In this document: positions 46,242 through 55,039 of the stretch, piece after piece
Numbering within the stretch: position 1 is the stretch's first letter
Layout of the letters: each line of letters starts with the position of its first letter
Origin: Candidatus Binatia bacterium
GTDB lineage: Bacteria; Desulfobacterota; Binatia; UBA9968; JAJDTQ01
Direction of reading: 5' to 3'
DNA: 64,000 bases
Assembly (NCBI GenBank): GCA_963666515.2
Contig: OY762897.2
Coordinates: forward strand, 416,001-480,000
Notes under the pieces: model-generated
Told to the model about the DNA's origin: nothing
Database searches by the model: none
What the model saw: the letters and a program-made list of their open reading frames with translations, nothing else
Made by a program: the position numbers and the translations under genes

Positions 46242-47782
46242 CACGCCTTGACGTCCATCTCCTCCAGCAGGATCTTCTCGTCCGGGCGCGGCATCCACAC
46301 CAGGTTGCGGGCCGCTCCGTACTGATCGAAGAGTTGGTACAACGGGATCATCGGCGCTTCCTCCATGATGACCTCGTTCATCTTCTGGAGGATCTTCAAC
46401 CGCTTGGCGTCGTCCGATTCCGCCTGCTCGGCGTCCACGAGCGCGTCGAAAGCCGCGTTGCTGAAGTTGGTGCGCTTGGAGCCGCCGGTGCGGAAGTACT
46501 GGTACAGCGGCGTGTCGGTGTCCAGCACGCTGCCCCGGCCGATGTAGTAGAACGGACTCTTGCCGCCGTTGACGCCGTCGCGGCCCCAGAAGACCACCCA
46601 TTCCTGCGGCACGATCTCGACCCGGAAGCCGCCCTTGGACATCTGGCTGGCTACCACTTGCACCAGCTCGGTGTCGTTCGCGTACTTTCCCGGCGAGTAG
46701 TGCAGCTTGACGTCCACGCCGTTGGGATATCCGGCCTTGGCCAGCAGCTCCTTTGCCTTCTTGGGGTCGTAGGGGTAGCGCTTGAGGTTGGGGTTGTACC
46801 CGTAAACGCGGGGCCCCACCGGTCCTTGAAGCACCTCGCCGTTACCGTCGAAGATGTTCTTGACGATGGAGTCCGCGTCCACGCAGTAGTTGGCGGCCTG
46901 CCGAACGAGCTTGTTGTCCCAGGGCTTGAAGTTGACGTTCAACGCGAAGAAGTAAATCCGCAGACCCGGCACGCTGCGCACCGAGACCCGGGGGTGGCGG
47001 TTGATCCGCTCCACCTCATGCACCGGCACCCGGTCCATGACGTCGCACTGTCCCGCCTGGAGGCCGGCCATGCGCGAGTTGACCTCCACCACCTTGCGCC
47101 ACACCAGTTCCTTGATGGCGGGCTTCTTGCCCCAGTAGTCGTCGTTGCGCGTCAGCACCAGGTCGCCGTCGCGCTTGAAGCTGACGAACTTGTACGGGCC
47201 CGTGCCGGTGGGGTGCTTGTCCACGTCCTTGCCGTACTTGTCCGCCACGGTCTTGCTCATGATGAAGCGGTTGCGCACGCCGCGGGAGAGGAACGTGACC
47301 GAAGGTTTCTTGGTGATCACGACCACCGTGTGCTCGTCCGGCGTCTGCACCTCCTGGACGTTCCGGAACGACCGCCGCTGCAGGCTCCGCTTGTCGTTCT
47401 TCATCCGGTCGATGGAGAACGCCACGTCCGCGGAGGTAAGCGGGCTGCCGTCGTGGAACTTGATGCCCTTGCGCAGCTTGAACTCCCACTCTTTGCCCCG
47501 GAACTCCCACGACTCCGCCAGCCGTCCCACGAACTTCGCCTGGTCGTAGCTGAACTCCACCAGCGGCTCCATCATGTGCTGCCACTGCCCGTAGATGGCG
47601 CCGCTGCTGTGGTCGTAGGGGTGCAGGTTGTCCATGTTGCTGGCGTTGTACACGATGACGCGATCCTTGGACGCCGCGTACGCGAACTGTCCCAGCGAGG
47701 GATTTATCAGGGCCGCGGCCCCCAAGGCGGCGCCGCCCTTGAGCACGTCCCGCCTGCTTAAAAGTCTTCTTTCGTCGCTCAT
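46241..47782 (-). CDS. ABC transporter substrate-binding protein, family 5, Tat signal
   Basis: SRRDVLK, LAESW, KFHDG, GTGPYK and RQAANY. Confidence 0.92.
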   Translation of the reverse strand: MSDERRLLSRRDVLKGGAALGAAALINPSLGQFAYAASKDRVIVYNASNMDNLHPYDHSSGAIYGQWQHMMEPLVEFSYDQAKFVGRLAESWEFRGKEWEFKLRKGIKFHDGSPLTSADVAFSIDRMKNDKRSLQRRSFRNVQEVQTPDEHTVVVITKKPSVTFLSRGVRNRFIMSKTVADKYGKDVDKHPTGTGPYKFVSFKRDGDLVLTRNDDYWGKKPAIKELVWRKVVEVNSRMAGLQAGQCDVMDRVPVHEVERINRHPRVSVRSVPGLRIYFFALNVNFKPWDNKLVRQAANYCVDADSIVKNIFDGNGEVLQGPVGPRVYGYNPNLKRYPYDPKKAKELLAKAGYPNGVDVKLHYSPGKYANDTELVQVVASQMSKGGFRVEIVPQEWVVFWGRDGVNGGKSPFYYIGRGSVLDTDTPLYQYFRTGGSKRTNFSNAAFDALVDAEQAESDDAKRLKILQKMNEVIMEEAPMIPLYQLFDQYGAARNLVWMPRPDEKILLEEMDVKA

Positions 47783-47826
47783 GTCGCAACTCCTTTCCGT
47801 TCAGGTCCTTGGTTGTCGGGCCGTCT

Positions 47827-48666
47827 TTACTTGTCCATGGGATGGCGCTTGAGAAACTCCAGAAAGTGGGCGTTGGCCACGTCCGGCATCTGCCGCAGGT
47901 AGCCGTGGTTGCCGCCCTCCACCAGCTTGAACTCGGCGCCGGCGATGCCTTCCGCCAGCACCTTGGACGACTCCACGTGGCTGCCGGTGGACGCGTCCAC
48001 CGTGTCGCCGGCGCCGCAGATGACGAGCGTCGGGCACTGGATGCGGTCCAGCAGGTGGCGCGTCTCGTGTTCTTGCCGGGCGACCACGTGCCGGAGATAG
48101 GGCCGCAACGGGGTGAAGTAGGTCATGTTGACTTCGCGGAACTCCTGGACCTTGTCCGGGTGGTCGCGCACGAACTCCGGCGGGAACATGAAGCTGCCGC
48201 CGAAGTGGTCTTCCATGTATTGCGTGTGGCCCTTCTCGGCCATCTCCGCGGCCGTGGCGTAAGGGACGCCGCGTTCGTAGTACTGGCCGTCGTAGGACGT
48301 GCCGGGCCCGGAGCCCGAGAGGACGACGCTGTGGACCACTTCGGGATGGTCGATGGCGATCCACTGGCAGACGCGTCCGCCCATGGAATGGCCGAGGAAG
48401 TGCGCCCGGCCGATGCCGAGCGCCTCCATCAGGTTGGCGCAGTCGTCCGCGAACATGCGGGTGGAGTAGTGGACGTCCGGCTTGTCGCTCCGTCCCGTGC
48501 CCCGGTGGTCCCAGGTAAGCACCCGGTAGTGCTGCGACAGATCGGGGACCTGGAAGATCTTCCAGTGGTCGCCGGACATGCCCGTGCCGCTTACCAGCAC
48601 CAGCGGCTCGCCGCTGCCGTGCAGCTCGTAGTGGAAATTCAGGCCGCTGACGTTGGCGATGGGCAT
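47827..48666 (-). CDS. Alpha/beta hydrolase
   Basis: DHRGTGRS, GHSMGG nucleophile elbow and C-terminal His (GNHG). Confidence 0.88.
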   Translation of the reverse strand: MPIANVSGLNFHYELHGSGEPLVLVSGTGMSGDHWKIFQVPDLSQHYRVLTWDHRGTGRSDKPDVHYSTRMFADDCANLMEALGIGRAHFLGHSMGGRVCQWIAIDHPEVVHSVVLSGSGPGTSYDGQYYERGVPYATAAEMAEKGHTQYMEDHFGGSFMFPPEFVRDHPDKVQEFREVNMTYFTPLRPYLRHVVARQEHETRHLLDRIQCPTLVICGAGDTVDASTGSHVESSKVLAEGIAGAEFKLVEGGNHGYLRQMPDVANAHFLEFLKRHPMDK

Positions 48667-48668
48667 GG

Positions 48669-49757
48669 CTAAAAAACGACGACGCCCCGGGCCGCCTCTC
48701 CCTGCTTCAGCCGCTCGACTCCTTCGTTGATCTCGTCGATCCTGTAGCGATGGGAGACGAGCCGGTCCAGGTCCAGCCGCCCGGCCTTGTAGTGCTCCAC
48801 CATCCGCGGGATGTCGATGAGCTGGCGGGCGTTGCCGTAACCCGTGCCCGTAAGGGTCTTCTGCTCCCTCACGAAGCGCAGGGGATTGATGGACGCCGTG
48901 TGGTCCATGGGCGCCATCCCCACCACCACGACGGTGCCGCCTACCCGCGCGCACTCCAGCGCCTGTTCCACCGTGGGGCCGAGGCCGATGGCCTCGAACA
49001 CGTAGTCCACGCCGCCGCCCGTGATTTCCCGCACGCGTTGGGCCGCGTCCTCGCGCGCGCTGTTGATCTTGTGGGTGGCGCCGAACTCCTGGGCGTATTC
49101 CAGTTTCCCGTCGAGGATGTCGATGGCGATGATGGTGCTGGCGCCCACCAGCCGAGCTCCCTGGATGCAGTTGAGGCCCACGCCGCCGCAGCCGATGACC
49201 GCCACGGTGTCCCCGGCCTCCACCCGCGCGGCGTTGGTGACGGCGCACACGCCGGTGGTGACGCAGCAGCCGATGAGCGCGGCCACCTCGGGCGGGATGT
49301 CGCCGGGCACCGGGACGGCCTGCTCCGCCGGGCACACCACCTGCTCGGCCCAGGTGCCGAGCCGCGCCGAGATGTAGAGCGGCTGTCCCTTGAGGCTCAC
49401 TCGCGCGGTGCCGTCGTGCATCATCTGGCGCGGCGAGTTGTGGCCGTTGCACAGAACAGGGATGCCGCGCGCGCAGTTCTCGCAACGGCCGCAGTTGGCG
49501 CGGAAGGAGAGGATGACGTTGTCGCCCGGCTTGACGTGGCTGACGCCCGGACCCACGGCCTCCACCACGCCCGCGCCTTCGTGGCCCAGGATCGCCGGCC
49601 TCAGGTTGTCCCACTCGCCCTTGATGTTGTGCAGGTCGCTGTGGCAGATGCCGGTGGCGCCGATGCGGACCTGGACCTCCTGCTCCTTGGGGCCCTCGAT
49701 GTCTACATCGTCCACCACAAGGGGGGCGTTGGTCTCCACTAGCACCGCGGCTCTCAT
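48669..49757 (-). CDS. Zn-dependent alcohol dehydrogenase (MDR)
   Basis: GICHSD, GHEGAG, CGRCENC...C and GCGGVG. Confidence 0.92.
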   Translation of the reverse strand: MRAAVLVETNAPLVVDDVDIEGPKEQEVQVRIGATGICHSDLHNIKGEWDNLRPAILGHEGAGVVEAVGPGVSHVKPGDNVILSFRANCGRCENCARGIPVLCNGHNSPRQMMHDGTARVSLKGQPLYISARLGTWAEQVVCPAEQAVPVPGDIPPEVAALIGCCVTTGVCAVTNAARVEAGDTVAVIGCGGVGLNCIQGARLVGASTIIAIDILDGKLEYAQEFGATHKINSAREDAAQRVREITGGGVDYVFEAIGLGPTVEQALECARVGGTVVVVGMAPMDHTASINPLRFVREQKTLTGTGYGNARQLIDIPRMVEHYKAGRLDLDRLVSHRYRIDEINEGVERLKQGEAARGVVVF

Positions 49758-49786
49758 CCGCGCACCTCCATGAAAGGCCCCATTGA

Positions 49787-49855
49787 GAGGGGCGGGCCTG
49801 AAGCCCGCCCCCGTTCGAAACCCGTGCGATGGGCGGGTTTGAAACCCGCCGCTAC
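49787..49855. repeat. GTAG-type REP-like hairpin pair
   Basis: GGGGCGGGCCTGAAGCCCGCCCC and GGCGGGTTTGAAACCCGCCGCTAC. The minus strand reads GTAG plus a palindrome. Confidence 0.6.
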
Positions 49856-51387
49856 TTGATCGTCATCTCCCAGGTGCGGATTCTCTCGTCGGACCGCGGG
49901 TCCCACTCGATGTTGCTGGCAAACCCGTAAATGTCCGCCAGGTTCCACAGCGGCACCCACGGGGAATCCTCTTTCAGGATACGGCCGATCTCGTGCAGGA
50001 TCTTGGCGCGCTTCTCGGGATCGGCTTCCGCCATCTCCTCTTCGATGAGCTTGTCCAGCGCGGGGTTGCTGTAGTCGATTCGCGGGCTGGCGCCGGTCTT
50101 GAAGTACTGCTCGACGTGCGTGTGGACGTCGATGACGCTGCCCCGGCCGATGTAGTAGAAGGGCATCTTGCCCCCGTTGACCCCGGACCTGCCCCAGAAC
50201 ACCACCCACTCCTGAGAGATCAGCTCGACGTTGAACCCGCCCTTTTTCATCTGGGCGGCGAAGGCCTGGAGGACCTCGCTGTCCTTGGGATAACGTCCCT
50301 GGGAGTAGTAGAGCTTCACCGAAACGCCGTCCGGGTAGCCGGCCTTGGCCAGCAGCTCGCGCGACTTCTTCGGGTCGTAGGGATAACGCTTGGCGTTGGG
50401 GTCATGGCCGATGTACGTCTTCGCGCCGGCGCCCTGCACCACGAACCCCAGGCCGTCGAAGATGTTCTTGACGATGGAGTCGGCGTCTATCGAATAGTTG
50501 GCCGCCTGCCGCACCAGCTTGTTGTCCCAGGGCTTGAATCCCGGGTTGATGGCCAGGAAGTAGATGCGCGATCCGGGAACGGACTTGATGGTGATCCTGG
50601 GGTTCCGCTTCAGGCGCTCCACTTCGTGGGGCGGCACGGCGTTGATGACGTCCACCTGCCCGGCCTCCAGGGCCGCGACCCGGGCTGCCTCCTCGGTGAC
50701 CTTGCGCCACACCATGGTCTTGACCTGCGGCTTCGGCGAGCCCCAGTAGTCGTCGTTGCGTTCGAGCACCAAGTCGCCGTCGCGCTTGAAGCTTACGAAC
50801 TTGTAAGGCCCGGTGCCGATCGGATGCTTGTCCACGTCCTCGCCGTGCTTCTCGGCGGCCGCCTTGCTCATGACGAAGCGGCTCTGAAGCTTGTCGAGGA
50901 AGACAACGTTGGGTGTGTCCGTCACCAGGACGATGGTATGGTCGTCCACGACGCGCATCTCCGTCAGCTCTCTCAGTTGCCGCCGCTGAAGGCTCTTCTT
51001 GTCCTTCTTGATGCGGTTGAACGAAAACTCGACGTCATGGGCGGTCAAGGGCGAGCCGTCGTGGAACTTGATGCCCTTCTTCAGCTTGAAGACCCACTCC
51101 TTGCCCTTGAATTCCCAGGACTCGGCAAGCTTGGGAACGTACTTGTTGAGCTTCTGGTCCACCTGCACCAGCGGCTCCATGATGTGCTCCCAGATGCCGT
51201 AGGCCGGGCTCAGGCTGTGGTTGTACGGGTGGAGCGAATCGATGCCGCCCGCGTGATAGATCACCACCCGGTCCTTGGAGGCGGCCCACGCCGAGCCGGC
51301 GACGACGCCCAGAAGCAGCGCCGCACCCGCGACCAGTGCTCCGGTCCGCTTCCACAAACTTCCACGAATACGTGTGTCGAGTTTCAT
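49852..51387 (-). CDS. ABC transporter substrate-binding protein, family 5
   Basis: Signal peptide ending AWA, with LAESW, KFHDG and GTGPYK. Confidence 0.92.
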   Translation of the reverse strand: MKLDTRIRGSLWKRTGALVAGAALLLGVVAGSAWAASKDRVVIYHAGGIDSLHPYNHSLSPAYGIWEHIMEPLVQVDQKLNKYVPKLAESWEFKGKEWVFKLKKGIKFHDGSPLTAHDVEFSFNRIKKDKKSLQRRQLRELTEMRVVDDHTIVLVTDTPNVVFLDKLQSRFVMSKAAAEKHGEDVDKHPIGTGPYKFVSFKRDGDLVLERNDDYWGSPKPQVKTMVWRKVTEEAARVAALEAGQVDVINAVPPHEVERLKRNPRITIKSVPGSRIYFLAINPGFKPWDNKLVRQAANYSIDADSIVKNIFDGLGFVVQGAGAKTYIGHDPNAKRYPYDPKKSRELLAKAGYPDGVSVKLYYSQGRYPKDSEVLQAFAAQMKKGGFNVELISQEWVVFWGRSGVNGGKMPFYYIGRGSVIDVHTHVEQYFKTGASPRIDYSNPALDKLIEEEMAEADPEKRAKILHEIGRILKEDSPWVPLWNLADIYGFASNIEWDPRSDERIRTWEMTIK

Positions 51388-51448
51388 TGAGCCATCCCCC
51401 TTTTTCGGAATGCGGGCCCTCTCCCCACCGTGGAGGAGAACTTGGTTG

Positions 51449-52984
51449 CTACTTGATCCTCATCTCCCAGGCGCGGATTCTCTCGTCGGAACGAGGCTTC
51501 CACTCGATGTTGCTGGCGGCGCCGTAGATGTCCGCCAGGACCCACAACGGCACCCACGGCGAGTCCTCTTTCAGGATGCGGCCCAACTGGTGCAGCAGCT
51601 TGAGACGCTTCTCGGGATCGGCCTCCGCCTGTTCCAGTGCCATGATCCTGTCGAACTCGGGATTGCTGTAGTCGATACGGACGCTCGCGCCGGTCTTGAA
51701 GTACTGCTCCTTGTGCGTGTGCGCGTCGACGACGCTGCCCCGGCTGATGTAGTAGAAGGGCATCTTGCCGCCGTTGACCCCGGTCTTGCCCCAGAACACT
51801 ACCCATTCCTGGCTGATCAGCTCGATGTTGAAACCGCCCTTCTTCATCTGCGCCGCGATGGCCTGGACCACCTCGGTGTCCTTGGGGTACCGTCCCGCGG
51901 AGTAGTACATCTTTACGTTGACGCCGTCCGGGTATCCCGCCTTGGCCAGAAGCTCACGGGACTTTTTGGGGTCGTAGGGATAGCGCTTGGCGTTGGGGTC
52001 GTGGCCGATGTGCTGCTTCCCCGCGGCCCCCTCCACCACGAAACCCAGGCCGTCGAAGATGTTCTTCACGATGGGGCCGGCGTCCACCGCATAGTTGGCC
52101 GCCTGCCGCACGAGCTTGTTGTCCCAGGGCTTGTACCCGGGGTTGAGGGCCAGGAAGTAGATGCGCCCGCCGGGCACCGTCTTGATGTTGATCCTGGGGT
52201 TCCTCTTCAGGCGCTCCACGTCGTGGGCCGGCACCGCGTTGACCACGTCAGCCTGTCCGGCCTCCAGGGCCGCGACCCGGGCGGCCTCCTCGGTGACCTT
52301 GCGCCACACCAGGGTCTTGACCTGCGGCTTCGGGGAGCCCCAGTAGGCGTCGTTGCGCTCCAGCACCAGGTCGCCGTCGCGCTTGAAGCTCTTGAACTTG
52401 TAGGGGCCGGTGCCGATGGGGTTCTTGTCCACGTCCTTGCCGTACTTCGCCGCGGCAGCCTTGCTCATGACGAAGCGGGTCTTGAGCTTGTCGAGGAACA
52501 CGACGTTGCGCGTGTCCGTCACCAGGACGATGGTGTGGTCGTCCACGACCCGCATCTCCACCAGCTCTCTCAGTTGCCGCCGCTGCAGGCTGTTCTTGTC
52601 CGTCTTGATGCGGTTGAACGAGAACTCGACGTCGTGCGCCGTCAGCGGCGTGCCGTCGTGGAACTTGATTCCCTTGCGCAGCTTGAACGTCCACTCCTTG
52701 CCCTTCAACTCCCAGGACTCCGCCAGCTTGGGCACGTAGGCCCCGCGCGCCTCGTCCACCTGCACCAGCGGCTCCATGATGTGCTCCCAGATGGAGTAGG
52801 CCGGGCCCAGGCTGTGGTTGTAGGGGTGGAGGGAATCGATGCTGCCGGCATGGTAGACCACCACGCGTTCCTTGGAGGCGGCCCAGGCGGAGCCGGCGAT
52901 GAGCATCCCCAGGAGGAACGCGGCGCCCGCCAGCACCCATACCCGTTTGAATGAACTCCTGCGAATACGCGTTTCATTTCTCAT
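51449..52984 (-). CDS. ABC transporter substrate-binding protein, family 5 (tandem paralog)
   Basis: Same motifs. SD AAGGAGG before ATG 52984. Confidence 0.92.
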   Translation of the reverse strand: MRNETRIRRSSFKRVWVLAGAAFLLGMLIAGSAWAASKERVVVYHAGSIDSLHPYNHSLGPAYSIWEHIMEPLVQVDEARGAYVPKLAESWELKGKEWTFKLRKGIKFHDGTPLTAHDVEFSFNRIKTDKNSLQRRQLRELVEMRVVDDHTIVLVTDTRNVVFLDKLKTRFVMSKAAAAKYGKDVDKNPIGTGPYKFKSFKRDGDLVLERNDAYWGSPKPQVKTLVWRKVTEEAARVAALEAGQADVVNAVPAHDVERLKRNPRINIKTVPGGRIYFLALNPGYKPWDNKLVRQAANYAVDAGPIVKNIFDGLGFVVEGAAGKQHIGHDPNAKRYPYDPKKSRELLAKAGYPDGVNVKMYYSAGRYPKDTEVVQAIAAQMKKGGFNIELISQEWVVFWGKTGVNGGKMPFYYISRGSVVDAHTHKEQYFKTGASVRIDYSNPEFDRIMALEQAEADPEKRLKLLHQLGRILKEDSPWVPLWVLADIYGAASNIEWKPRSDERIRAWEMRIK

Positions 52985-53153
52985 GGGGAATTCCTCCTTT
53001 CGGAACGAGCCCTCCGTGACGGGCTGTCGTACCCGCGATACATAGGTAATTGTCATGTCGAAAGTCAACCCTGAAGTATCTGCAAACAGGGTGTCCTGTG
53101 CTGCTCCCTGTCCCGTCGTGACCGTGGCAAGAGGGTGCTGACGTCCCGGTCTC

Positions 53154-53250
53154 GTCATTCCGGCGAAAGCCGGAATCCAGGAGTGGTGGAGCAGGGGTCC
53201 ACGGGGTCGCCCCAGCCCCATCCCTGGATTCCGGCTTTCGCCGGAATGAC
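53154..53250. repeat. Inverted pair of REP-like elements
   Basis: Perfect copies at 53154-53180 and 53224-53250 (reverse). Confidence 0.88.
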
Positions 53251-53395
53251 GGCCTGACGGGCCGAGGCATATTGCATCGACCCGGCTGCGCTCAAAGGAC
53301 CCTGCCGGTTTGACGCCGGTACGCCAGAGCTATATTCGTAGGAACCTGTCTCACACGCATACTCCGAGGCAGGTTCCACAAGCGGAGGTATTCAA

Positions 53396-55039
53396 ATGGC
53401 CGGAAGTCATTTGCCCTATCCCGACACGGTGTTCTTCAACGGTAAGGTGCGCACGTTCGCGCCGGGTGCGCCCGTGGCCGAGGCGGTGGCCTGCTCCGGC
53501 GGGCGCATCGTCGCCGTCGGCGCCTCGGACGAAGTGCGGCGGCTCGGCGGCGCCGGCACCCGGGAGGTGGACCTCAAGGGCCTCACCGTGATCCCGGGGC
53601 TGACCGACGCCCACGTGCACCTGGCGGACAAGGGGCTGGCGGACATGCAGTTGGTGGACGTCCGCGACTTCTACGGCCCGGTAAACAACATCGACACCGT
53701 CCTCACTCGCCTGTCGAAGAAGGCAGCGGAGACTCCCGCGGGCGACTGGGTGGTGGCGCAGGGAAGTCCGATGCAGGACTTCCGCATGAAGGACAAGCGC
53801 TTCCCGGACCGTGTCGACCTCGATGCCGCGGTCCCCGAGCACCCGACGTCCGTCTCCTTCGGCGCCCACGTCACCGTGGCCAATTCCAGGGGCCTGACGC
53901 TCGCCGGCATCGACCGGGAAACGCCGGACCCGGCCGGCGGCGCCATCGAGCGGGACTCCGGCACCGGAGAGCCCACCGGCATCCTGCACGAGCGCGCCCA
54001 GCACATCGTGACGGGCGTGATCCCGGAGTTCGACGCCACGGCGCGCAAGCTGGGCATCGCTTTCGCCGTGCAGCAGGCCCTCGAACGGGGCGTGACCACC
54101 ATTCACGACATCGTCAAGGACCCGTCCGCGGTGCGCGCCTACCAGGAGCTCAGGGCCGAGGGCGGCCTGCACATGCGCTCGAGCCTCCTGCTGCGCGTCA
54201 TTGAGTCCGACATGAGCACGGACAGCGTGCTGGAGACCGGCCTCCAGACGGGCTTCGGCGACGAGTGGCTGCGGGTGGGCGGCGCGAAGATGAGCATCGA
54301 CGGCGGCATCACCGGCCGCAACGCGCTGTTCTACGAACCCTACGTCGACACGCCGGACTACAGCGGACTCATCCGCATCCAGCAGGACGAGCTGGACGAG
54401 ACCGTGCTGCGCTGCCACAGCGCCGGCCTCCGCTGCTGCGTGCACGCCATCGGCGACCGCGCCTTCGACATGTCGCTGGAGGCCTACGAGAAGGCGCTGG
54501 CCGCGTTGCCGCGGGTCGACCACCGCCACCGCATCGAGCACATGGGTAACTGGCTGATGACCCCCGAGCGCATCGAGCGCCTGGTGCGCATGGGCGTCCT
54601 GGCCATTCCCAACATCTCCCTGGGCTACTTCGTCGGCGATTCCATCCGCGCCGCCATCGGCGCCAAGCGCATGGAGCGGGCGTTCCCGCTCAAGACCCTG
54701 CTGGAATCGGGGGTGAAGATGGCAGGAGGTTCCGATGCGCCGGGGTACTGGCCGGTGGACCCGCTGCGCGACATCGGCGCCTACGTCTCGCGCCGCATGT
54801 TGTGGGGCGAGACCCTGGCGCCGGAGGAGGCCCTGAGCGTCCAGGATGCCTTCGACCTCCACACCATCCATGCCTCCTTCGCCGGCTTCGAGGAGGACCT
54901 CAAGGGCACGCTGGAGGTCGGCAAGCTGGCGGACATGGCGGTGCTGGCGGAGGATCCCTTCGAGGTCCCCGCAGAACGCATCAAGGACCTGAAGGTGGAG
55001 ATGACCGTGGTGGGAGGCGAGGTCAAGTACCGGGCCTGA
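53396..55039 (+). CDS. YtcJ-like amidohydrolase (Amidohydro_3)
   Basis: PGLTDAHVH, KMSIDG, HAIGD, RIEH and GSDAP. Confidence 0.9.
   Translation: MAGSHLPYPDTVFFNGKVRTFAPGAPVAEAVACSGGRIVAVGASDEVRRLGGAGTREVDLKGLTVIPGLTDAHVHLADKGLADMQLVDVRDFYGPVNNIDTVLTRLSKKAAETPAGDWVVAQGSPMQDFRMKDKRFPDRVDLDAAVPEHPTSVSFGAHVTVANSRGLTLAGIDRETPDPAGGAIERDSGTGEPTGILHERAQHIVTGVIPEFDATARKLGIAFAVQQALERGVTTIHDIVKDPSAVRAYQELRAEGGLHMRSSLLLRVIESDMSTDSVLETGLQTGFGDEWLRVGGAKMSIDGGITGRNALFYEPYVDTPDYSGLIRIQQDELDETVLRCHSAGLRCCVHAIGDRAFDMSLEAYEKALAALPRVDHRHRIEHMGNWLMTPERIERLVRMGVLAIPNISLGYFVGDSIRAAIGAKRMERAFPLKTLLESGVKMAGGSDAPGYWPVDPLRDIGAYVSRRMLWGETLAPEEALSVQDAFDLHTIHASFAGFEEDLKGTLEVGKLADMAVLAEDPFEVPAERIKDLKVEMTVVGGEVKYRA

Noticed and set aside
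47827-49614. 595-aa ORF suggesting an ADH-hydrolase fusion
   Set aside because: The N-terminal part is an off-frame reading of the ADH gene. The hydrolase starts at 48666.
53154-53250. Repeat-spacer-repeat as a mini CRISPR
   Set aside because: The copies are inverted rather than direct, are dispersed, and no cas genes are present.
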